Below are positions 1 to 26,800 of a DNA stretch of 47,260 nucleotides, piece by piece. The DNA comes from Phoronis australis (taxonomy: Eukaryota > Animalia > Phoronida), in NCBI GenBank assembly GCA_002633005.1, contig NMRA01000672.1, positions 113,290 through 160,549 on the forward strand, in the 5' to 3' direction. The notes beneath the pieces are model-generated. The model saw only the letters and a program-made list of their open reading frames with translations. It searched no databases and was not told the DNA's origin. Within the stretch, counting starts at the first letter, position 1. Each line of letters begins with the position of its first letter. Both the position numbers and the translations under genes were made by a program.

Positions 1-260
1 TGGGTGGGTGGGTGTGGGTGTGGGTGAGTACATGTTCTAGAAAGGCAAACTATTAACTGTCATGGTAAAAATCTCTGTCGCAGTGACTTTTCTTTAGAAG
101 TGAAAAAACATGTGTATGTCGAGGATTTTTCGAGTTTTTACATACTGTCTCGTAGAATGTGAAGGGTCATTTCACTTGCCTTAGTAACGCAAGATGTATT
201 TTCTAGTAAAATCACTGTACTGCATAGTGTTAACTATATTGCTCTACAGTCACCTAATAG

Positions 261-15509
<15,249 letters not shown>

Positions 15510-17198
15510 GGGACTGTGAGTTGGGCATCTGATTGTTGATGAATATGGATGGCCATTAATGACTGTTATAATATATGGGCGGCAGTTGTGCATGCAGTGG
15601 AAACTGATTTAGATCCGTGCAACTGCCTTGTGGGATTGCATGAATAGCGAGCTCGCGTGGCAAATACTGCTACTATATACGAACATCAGATGCAAACTTG
15701 ACTATATCTAAACTGTGGTTTTCCGTCGTAAGCCAGGAACACTAGAGACATGTTATGATTGATCAGTATGTGTAACAACTGTTGCCATGGTATTAGAACA
15801 TCAGATGCAAACGTGGTTTGTTTTTGTTATTGGTCATAAATCCGTGTGAACATCGTACATGGCCAGCAATGCTGCAGTACATGATTGACAGTTGCACATG
15901 TTGCTATGGAGACTGGCATGGATGGGTGACTGCATTTGAGTGCATAGTTTATGAAGCTGTCAAATTCATCAAATTTGCCCATCGATAGCTCTGTGCTTCC
16001 TGTTTGTGTCTAGGGGGCACAAACGACAATTTTTGGAAAATCCTACACTAGGGTGATCATTTGATGTCATGGCACCATTTAAATGTATTTCAACTCAACT
16101 GGACGTGGTCACAACTCATGATGAAAAAGTACATCAGTTTTTATGTGAGCTATAAACCAACAAAATCCGTTGCTTTGTGACTATTAGAAATCAAGAAATC
16201 TCGCCGTTGTCTGTCAGATGTTCGCTGAAGTCAGGGCCAGTGTTTTTAGCATAATTTAAATATGCTTGAAATACTGTACTACTTAACGCCTCGGAATTGA
16301 CTCAGTAGTAGTGGATGTGACTGCTATTGCGGAGATTGTGGGTTGTGTCAAATTTGTTTTCTCAATAACAATGTCCTTTTAAACACTTAATTTCTCCTAC
16401 CGTCCTCGCAGATTGCATAGCAAAGCTGAAGTGAATCCACTTGACAATGAATTATGCAGATACCGGTGACTCTCAGCGCCACCTGACTGTACCAGGAGGT
16501 ACTTGTACCTCACAAGAGATAGTATATGGGAACATCTTTGACTCTTTTACGGAGTATATGAGATGTGAGACGTTTTAAATAAATTAAAGTGAAATTGTCC
16601 CGTCATCATCTAAGAGTCCAATAGTGTCCAGTCTCGCATGATCAGTCGCCATGTTGCTTCTTGAAAGTTTCAAATTTTCACTGATGATGCAGATTTCGTT
16701 AAAAACGATTCGACAGTGATTGTGACCTGGACTCAAAGAAGTATTTTTAGACAATACGAGAAATGCAGTAATTATCTAGCAATCAATGTCGTATCGTTTT
16801 TAATGAAATCTGCATCAGAGAAGCATCATTGCCGAAGTATACTAAGTTTTCATTGATGACTGAAGAAGTTCTCGTACCGTGTTCTTAGCTTAGTGTTAGC
16901 CTGATATAGTAGATTACAGAATGCTGTCACTATTTATTTGTACATTCCTAGTGTAACTTATGTTCTGCATGTTTTTGTAGTTGCGTTCATGTCAGTTCTG
17001 TATTATACAATGTAAATTATTGTATTGACGGTAATTGTGTCTTTCTTTTGATGCTGTGAATCTGTAATGTACAATTTGAATTGTTGTATTTACTCTATTG
17101 TGTCTTTCTCTGATGCTGCGAATCTGTAATGCACAATATAAGTTGTTGTTTGTGTTTACTGCCATTCTATCTTTCTTGGCGCTGCGATTTCTTTTTTA

Positions 17199-17331
17199 AA
17201 TAAATTATGTCACACAGAATTGGGTTACAATTTCTTTAAGGAAAACAACATTTGTAAGCTGAAGAGCAAACCTTCTTCACTGCAGGTAGTATTCGTGAGC
17301 AAAATAAATTTAGTTATTCAGATGATTTATT
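17199..17331. terminator. Candidate converging poly(A) signals: AATAAA (+) at 17199 and 17303 for KIFAP3; AATAAA (-) at 17331-17326 for ODR4
   Basis: Hexamers lie between the two stop codons, after a long U-rich UTR-like stretch. Confidence 0.45.
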
Positions 17332-17771
17332 TCACAGCAAACAAGTCCCACAGAACATCTGGAAAGAAAATGATTGCACTTAATACTAGATACGCCAATA
17401 AAAATTATTTTGTTTGTTGGCAATACACGGACCAGCTCTTTCTGTGATATTGCTGTAGTGTAATATCACTCTTATCAGTCAAACGTGATATCAGTTGCAT
17501 CACCAGTGCAGCCCGATACCATGCGCAAGATATTAGTGTTCAGTCTGATATCACCTGTGTTTGGTCTCATATCAGTCTTGTCCATCGAAAATATCTAGTG
17601 TCCAGTTGAATACCACTTTCGTTCAGCACGATACCACTCTTATCCACTAAGCAGCATTTAGAATCCAGTCCGATATCACATTTGTCCTGGGCGATATCAT
17701 TCCTGTCCCCACAATATCATTTGTGTCCACATCGATACTACTTGTTACACGCAAGATATCATTGCTGTCCA

Positions 17772-17860
17772 TTAGTCCAGTCCAAGATATGCATACAACA
17801 CTGCCAGTAGTCCAACACCCACAGTCACAGTAGCACCTGTAACATAACCAAGCTGCTGTC
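17772..17860 (-). CDS. ODR4: ODR4 last exon, TM anchor (GQQLGYVTGATVTVGVGLLAVLYAYLGLD*); acceptor is 17860 or 17836
   Basis: Two in-frame acceptors; hydrophobic tail ending in TAA at 17774-17772. Confidence 0.8.
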
Positions 17861-20800
17861 CTAAAACCTGTCGTAACACACTGAAACACCTCAATGCTAC
17901 GCGACCCATGATCACTCAGTACTCATCGCTGCTTCAAGTCTGGAAACTCCCAGAATCTTTGGCATGGACGATCTATTTCAAGAAATTGTACACGTGAATT
18001 GCCTGAATATTTCTCTCATAGATGAGTGCGCGTGTGTTACTGGTCCCCAGACACCAGACCACCTCCTTCAGAACTGTCCTACATTGGACACCCTAAGGTG
18101 CCTCACATGGCCCAGTCTGGTAGTTGGCTCCGGCAGAGTCACTGCAACTGACTAGAGACTTTGCCCAGAAGACCAAACTGAACATTCAAACAGCATGGCC
18201 GGGAACACAGAAGATGGAGAAGAAGTACATCACTGTTTAAGTAATGCCAGGAAACAAACATAATTAGTCCTCACCACTTTAAATAACTACTTGATCAATT
18301 TCAAACTGGTGGTAATGCGATGATGAAAAGCTAACAGATATGACTGTCATAGACGAAGCCACTCATTTACCGAATACAGCTCATAAGTGCAAAACAACTG
18401 TATACTTTTTAGTTTGTGAAAGGTACACATGAGTCAATTTAGGAAGCATTAAAAACGACTGCTTTCTAAATTGACTCATCTGTACCGTAGTACAGCACTT
18501 ACCAATAATTCGTGGTCCTAAGGCTCCACCTACTTGAGGCTCACTAGGGGGTTCCTCATCAACACAAGGCCGGAGTACGTCGTCTTCATCTGAAATTGAA
18601 TATGCAACTAGTGAAACGACTTTCTTGGAAATAGACTGACCTAGAGTTGAATTTCAGCCGATTTCCATCCTAATAGAAGACTTCAACTACGTGGCAACAG
18701 TGCAGCAGTGTAACAATGGTCCTATAGAATATCCATGCATTCATATAGTTATGTGGAACTGTTAGCCCACAGACACCATGTGGACAAACTACTTTCAGCT
18801 CTAAATCTATTCAAATGTTAAAAAAAGGAGCCTTCATTCATTAGTGCCACCTGGTGCCTATAAACCCTCCAGTCACAAGTGTGCAGTTTCACAATTCAAC
18901 TTAAAATTATAACACCAATTGTGTAGTTTAAAATCAACGTGTTGATACGGTATGTTGTATGTTGTATATTGTATATTGGATATTGAGAATTATTAGTCTA
19001 CATGCCAGCTGTAGGTCACATCCACCATGCAACCAACGGATGACGTGCATGAAGACTAATATTCTTACTTATAACAATAGAATTAAAAATAAATAATGAT
19101 AAAGGTGATAACAAAAATGATATTGCAAGAGTTCTCATCCAGTTTTGATGAGCAATGACAATGCTAAAAGTCCACTTTTAGAAATTATGTTGGAACTGAG
19201 CTCGTTCTAAATAAGTGAAAGCTTGTCTCTCTCCATCCAATTTTGCGGAATGATATTTTCTTGGTTACAACCAATAATATAGCCTCATGACAGAAAGTGA
19301 AACGGGATTGCATAACTCTATTTCCTATGTTCGCCATCCAGTCAACATATTATCTCCCCTGGCTGTCTTAAGTTATAATACTTAGACTAATCCCATTGAT
19401 CACAGATTCTGGAATGTCACGTGACAATCTTTTCCTGAAGAGGGCATTGTTATGTCAAAAACCTGCCAGAGACCGAGTCATGTGGTTATTTTTTTCTTAT
19501 CTGCCAACATACTCCATTACAAATTATATAGTACATTCGCTGACAGACACATCAAAACAGTTCAGATCTGACTGTTAACAGACTTAACGATGGCCCATCT
19601 GTCAATCAAATCTTGACGACTTTCCTTACTGGGTAATTTTTCACAGTCGTACTCCAGATCATCATCAGATAGGTGGAGTCCAAGCAGTTCATCACACCTG
19701 TCAATCAGATCTTGATGGCTCTCATCTGGGAACATGTAGTCACAGAACGACAACGGCAAGCCGGGCAGTTTACCGAACACACGGAGGGGGGTCTCGTATA
19801 GCACTCTGGCATCTAAAACAAACAGTTAATTATTATCCTGGGTAAAAACTGGATTGGCTAAAAAATAGTCAAGACCGTCAAGTCTTGCTCATTTTACCGA
19901 ATCATCTATCTACAATCCAGCGATTGACCCCATGCTTGAACTTCATTCTATTTTTATTAAACTAAGTTTTTTGCTATGTTCAGTGCCTAAGCTAAACATT
20001 CCATTTTGGAAGATAGTAGATCGGGCAGGGTTAAAATCCCGAGTGTAAGTATATTTTTCTTGCTGCTAGCACAGATAATTGTGAAGTAGGTAGGCGGGGC
20101 TACAAATTGATTGACAAGTTTACATTGTGTAAACCAATCATATTAACCCAACTCTACACCATTTAAACACACAGCTTTCTCTAATGTCAACAAAAGCCAA
20201 ATACAATGATGATGCAATAAAAGTTTTAAGGAAGTTTCGGACATTGGCTACATTTGAAATGTTATGCAACGCAGTCAAGTCTTGAATTCTAAAAAATTCT
20301 TAGCATTCCCTACAACACTAACCTACTACACGGCAACGTCTATTTTTCGTGGAATTGTTCGACATGTCAAGAAATGCTGATATCAAGTTAGACCCTCCTC
20401 CACCGATTGTATTTAGCATTTGTACAACTAAAATCAAATCAAAGAGAAAAAAGTTTAATTTTCACATTTTGATAAAACAATACCCTCAAAACCAAATTTA
20501 ACAACACTTGAATAAGAGCGTGCTCACACTGTCCAAGTTACCAAAACTGAAATTTCATTTCTGTATTCAACAGCACATCCTAACTATAAACACAATCTTC
20601 ATCTATTTTTGAGGTGCTTTTGCTCAACATGTGATAAGCTCGCACAAGCAAAACGGCCATGCAAGAGAATGGACGTGTGTCACCCTCTTACAACCGCAAT
20701 AGTTCTTTTCAAAACACTTCTTGTACCAGCACGTCATCCCGCTATTGACCTTTTGACCTTTTTATGGAAAGAGAAAACCAAATACATGCACATCCCAGGG

Positions 20801-23800
20801 AAAAGATCTGCGGGTATGTTTTATTCTTGCCACCTGTTGGCTACAACTGGAGGTGTTTCTTTTGCTGCAAATGAATGATTTCTCACCTTCCATTGACCAC
20901 GTGTCTTCTCTCTATACATAAAAAGGTCAACAGCTCCCAGCATGGCATTAAGGTATGCATATGCCAGTGCATATTACATGTGTATGCACGTGCATTTGTT
21001 CACATATTACCTCATCTGGTACTCTTATCAAGTACAGTAGACCTTCACATAACAGTATCTAGCATAACATCATGCTTTGTGTTCATGTAATATGTGTGGC
21101 AGGCTCTGGGAAAATTTTGGGCCAATTATTTTCTTATCAGCTCGCCAATTGTTCACATGCCTCAGTTCACCCACTACCTCACCTTGTTCACATGNAGCAT
21201 TTGTACAACTAAAATCAAATCAAAGAGAAAAAAGTTTAATTTTCACATTTTGATAAAACAATACCCTCAAAACCAAATTTAACAACACTTGAATAAGAGC
21301 GTGCTCACACTGTCCAAGTTACCAAAACTGAAATTTCATTTCTGTATTCAACAGCACATCCTAACTATAAACACAATCTTCATCTGTTTTTGAGGTGCGT
21401 TTGCTCAACATGTGATAAGCTCGCACAAGCAAAACGGCCATGCAAGAGAATGGACGTGTGTCACCCTCTTGCAACCGCAATAGTTCTTTTCAAAACACTT
21501 CTTGTACCAGCACGTCATCCCACTATTGACCTTTTGACCTTTTTATGGAAAGAGAAAACCAAATACATGCACATCCCAGGGAAAAGATCTGTGGGTATGT
21601 TTTATTCTTGCCACCTGTTGGCTACAACTGGAGGTGTTTCTTCTGCTGCAAATGAATGATTGTCTTCTCTCTCTCTATACATAAAAAGGTCAACAGCTCC
21701 CAGCATGACATTAAGCTATGCATATGCCAGTGCATATTACATGTGTATGCGCGTGCATTTGTTTACGTATTACCTCATCTGGTACTCTTCAAGTACAGTA
21801 GACCTTCACATAACAGTATCTAGCATAACATCATGCTTTGTGTTCATGTAATATGTGTGGCAGGCTCTGGGAAATTTTTGGGCCAATTATTTCCTTATCA
21901 GCTCGCCAATTGTTCACATGCCTCAGTTCACCCACTACCTCACCTTGTTCACATGCCTGAGTTCACCCACTACCTCACCCTGTTCACATGCCTCAGTTCC
22001 CCCACTACCTCACCTTGTTCCTCTTCTGACTGGAGTAGATCCTCACACAACAGCTCGCACCGTGACATCAGACTCCTGGCCAAGTCAGTCTTAATGGCAT
22101 CCACACCTGCCTTCACTGTGGACTTTTGGTGAACGAACGCCCGGCCGCAGATGGAGCCTCGTAACACCATCTTGGCACCACAGTCGGAGCATTTGGAGTC
22201 CTGTAGTGAGCCCTTTGAGGTGAGCTACAACACATCACAGTGAATACATCAAAGAATTACTGTATTAAGCTAAAGTAGGGCCCTAAATCCCCCAATTTCA
22301 GGGATGAAAATCGGCCACATCCCCCCTGAAAAATATTGAAAAATCACGTGAGATTCCCCTCACGAGGTCCAAAAATTCTCTTCTAGTGATTGAAAAATTG
22401 CCCTCGAGGTTCAAATCGCTTGTAACTCACACAGGTGACAATTTGAATGAGCATACAGGGGCAGGGATGATGTTGATGGTGACTGAAGAGTAGCATTTTC
22501 CCCTCACTCAAAAATTCCCCTCTCAGAAGACACAGGCACCTTTCCCCTCGGGTGATCAAGGGCCCTGTAACGTATCCTTGAACTAAAACAAAAAAAATTG
22601 CCAAAGTTGTCAGTTTCCCACTATTTCAAAAGCACACTACACTCATTGTAAACAAAGCTTAAAAAACTAGCATGCATTTGTTGATGACAGTTGTACAATA
22701 CAAGCTCCGTAAACAATGAAGTAACCAGTTCTCTTCAATACTTTTGCTGAAAAATTTGATAACTCATTTCACAATCCCACTAAATTTTGTTCTAAATTGA
22801 AGAAATTTAACAGTACTTACCTTGTCTCATAGTAGTTACCTATTCAGCTACAAGGCATGATTACAAACACTATAACGATGATCAAAAAAGAAAACAAAGT
22901 ACCTCAACATAGCACACCTTACAGTGTTGCAGCGAAACACAACACAATAATGCTTTCTGGTACTTTCTGGGCTACTTGCATCTATTGAACGTTATATTGT
23001 TACAATAAACGTTAATAGAAACTTACTGTATTAGAGTAAAGTTCGATGAAGTAGCACTTTTCATCAGACAAGCTGTCCAGTAATTCTGTGTCATGCCTAA
23101 ACATGCCATTAATTGTAGCCAGTGATTCTTGGATAGATTGGAACGTCGTCTGTAGGCCAGCCTGCAACAGGGTGACATACTTGACACAGACTGAGCCTCA
23201 AATTACACACATCGTTGAAAACTAATAGAATTACGGTAAAAATTCTCTAGTTTGGAACAGTGAAAAGTTATTTATTTTGCTCAGGGTTGGAGCTTGAACC
23301 AAATGTTTGAAAGAGGTAATATTGGATACCTCAAATTCAGTAAATTATGCTTGACAAGAACTAATCATTCACTTCTATGAGGATGCATAATAGTTCTGTC
23401 GGTGGCCATCCTCGAAGATTTAATGAACTATTAAGCCTATTTTCAGACTCATTTGATAAAATGCAGCTTGTCCAATATTTTAAAAATATAATTAACGTCA
23501 AAATCACCCATGTAACAATCTTTGGTATCAAGAAAATTCAAATTTGTCATGAATTTCAGGTCTCAAATTTTAAAGACGGTCCCATACTTAAGATGTTTTA
23601 CCGTAGATTGTTTGCCACTCTAAGAAAGAGTTTCTTTCTGATTCATTAAAAAAAAACACAAAAGGCGAGATAACAAAGATATTGAGACAATCAAAGATGC
23701 TTTCACGACTAAATTGTACTGCCAATTCAACAAGATCACAGCAGCCTAACACAAGTTCTCACAAGCGTTTTGCATTTATGGTAAAAAATCTTTCTAGCAC

Positions 23801-26800
23801 AAATGCAGCCAAGCAAAATGGCTACCAATGAAAGTGTTGGGGAATCCGAAATACTGAATTCTAGGAGTGAATGGTAGGTAAACACCAAGAATAGGAATTA
23901 TTTTCATTGCATAGCCAAGACACCCCCCGTGTAAATGAGTTATAAGTGATTGGGATTACCACTGTTATTGCTGATGAAAGGTGGAACCATACCTGTATCT
24001 GCCTGTTGAGAGCCGAGTGGTCCATGACAGGGTGGGGTACAGGGATGACTACCTCCAGGGCCAGCCTGCTGTGTAGGACGCCCCAGTTGTGGGCGAAGGA
24101 CTGATACTTCCACTCGGCTGGCTTGGACTCGCACTATAATCACATACAGACACATCACATTAAATATAATTAAAGGTGAACGGCTTCAACTAGTTATGAT
24201 CTTAAAACTGACCAAGCCACTGACCAGGCTTCAATATGATCTGGAGCTTTCCATGTCCTTTTTGATATCCATTTCCCACAATACGACAACACCCTCTCTG
24301 ATTCTGTGAAATTTACCCACAATGCTGTGCATCTGTGGGGTACATGCGTCATAGTTGTACACTGCTGCCAAGCTAATCACTATTTTATTCACATTAGTTT
24401 GCCATTGATCATTCTCATTCCCTCCAACTCAGCCCTGTGTTTGAAGCCTGCCATTTCAGAAACTGGGTAGATCATAGAACGCATTTTATTCCTCCACAAA
24501 AAGGAGAGTTGAATCCGGGATGTAGCATTCTTAATGTATACTTGGCAAAGCTACCTAACAGACTTCATAGCCTTACTGCAGATTACAGTGCGCAACTTTT
24601 TGTCTGCCTTTTTACTGATTACTATTACCATGAACTACTCTCTGTTATTAGAGTACAAACTGTAAAGAACCTGGGCCCAGTTGTATAAAAGTTATACGCC
24701 GTATAGCAACAATGACATCGCATTACAACGCACCATGTTGTTATTGTTGAATAATGCACCTGACGTTACACAACAATTAAACTTATTCAGCTGATAATCT
24801 TGAAGTTTTATGCAACCCAGCCCTGGTAAGATGTAATCACTACTTTAAGTGTAAACAAACTCGACAAAACATGACACATTTTTACAACATCTATTTTACA
24901 ATAACAAAAGTCATTTTCAGAAGCAAGGCACAGTCTCTGTACGAATTGGCTTCTCCATACTCACGAAAACGTCTAAAAATTGCATTTTGTAACCGGCCAA
25001 ACCTCAAAACATCCAGCAGCTCACCTTATGATCAGTCACATCATACGTTCTACATGTTGTCCTGACAGAGAGTTAAGGCCTGTAATGGTGCACCACAATA
25101 ACAGTACACAGAAAATCACAACTGTATAGAACAGTACCATGTTCTCATGTAACACCATAACACCACTATGGGGAACACAGAAATCTCTGAAAACAAAATC
25201 ATCCAAATGTAGTACAATGTGGTTGTATTCATGGAAAAATTGATGTTGCCCTGAGACTTGGAGACAGAGTAACAATTTTCAACTGCTTGTATGATTTCCC
25301 AAAACAAATGATGTAAAATTACATAATATATCCCGTTGAACATACAGTAGAATTGCCCTTTTCATAACAAAACTAAACCCAAATAATATCCATCTTTCCT
25401 TCCATCGTCACATTACACATTAAATTTTTTATCATAATGCATTCTTCTGTTAGCCTGTTTTTAAACTGTGCATGGATGTTGTCAAATATTAGTATTTTAC
25501 ACCACCTGATGGCCACATCACATGACCTATGAACAGGTGGCGTACAAACCATGGCCAACAAGTGGTGTGTAGACCAGACTTAGTTTGTGATCTATATTTC
25601 CACGCCCGTTCATACATACACATTAGTAACTGTTACAAATAATCTACAAATAAGACAAATTTTGATTATTACTTTTTCATCCATGAAGATTGTAAGTGAC
25701 GACTGATTTATGGCAAACCCACTAGGGGGCCTCTTGATTGGTCACTTCAATATTATTGAGACACATGTGAGCAGACGATAGTAATCCATAACAAAGATAT
25801 AGATGTTTGTTCAAAAAGACTAACTCCATGAATTTGATATATTATGAAACTTCCAGTCATCTGCTATTTGTACAATTGGTGTATGTATCAGATCAAAACA
25901 AAAGTTAATCTGAGCAACGTTCATGCATAAACAATGCTGAAAAGGATACTTTCGTGATAGTGAACACACTGACAAGACAAGCTTGTCATTGACCGTACTA
26001 GAACCCAGTGTAGACGATGATGACTTGAACACACTGAACAAAGCTTGTCGTAGTTTGGTCTGGGCTGCCTTCAGTTCGTTAGTTCTGGCTAATGCAAATA
26101 TGCCTAAGATGTCCAGTCCTCCAGGTAGCATACGGTGCACCTGAACAAAAGAAAGTGATTATGTAAATATGAACGATGATCTCCCCATGACTGATGGTGC
26201 ATTCACACCTGAAAATAAGTAGTGAATTCAACACTTATTGGACCAAACTCTTACAGGATAACGTCCAAATTTGGTTTAAACGTTCATCACACCTTTTTTT
26301 AATTTTCACTTTTTAACGCACATGCTCGATTATAAAACCTTCTACAAATTTACACATTTGTGACTGTCATCATATTCTTATGAACATCTATTTGCAGAGA
26401 AGACCAAAATCCACACAATTCATTTAAGCAGCACTTTGTCTTCATTAGGAAGATATTTAGTTTGGCTTTTGCTTTGGCTTTTGCATGTAAAGTTATGTAA
26501 CAGTCTTTATTTTATTTGTTGTACTATTTAAAATGCGAGTGGCCTCTTCAGTGACAGCACTGCTTTCCAGGGTGGCCTATGGCTTTGCTAGCCACTCAAT
26601 CATGTAATTCTACTGTTTCGTGTTACGTAAAAAATTTGCATCTTTCTCTCCACCCCCCTCGCTCTCTCTCCATCCTGCCCCCTGCATGTACACATTGCCT
26701 GAGACTTTAGCAGATAATCGAAATGGAATCCTGTCACTAGAGCTTGGAATGACCAATGACAAAAACGCGGAAACTTTTACGGCCCAAAACATGCGCGCTA

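Noticed and set aside
17647-17889. 80-aa Cys-rich minus-strand ORF
   Set aside because: It is an alternative frame over the ODR4 last exon. The other frame gives the expected TM tail.
20609-21659. Twin 89-aa ORFs suggesting a duplicated small gene
   Set aside because: Non-ATG starts, intronic and antisense to ODR4; the duplication is the N-joined block.
22572-22579. GTATCCTT on the + strand
   Set aside because: It is antisense to ODR4 with no + strand exon upstream.
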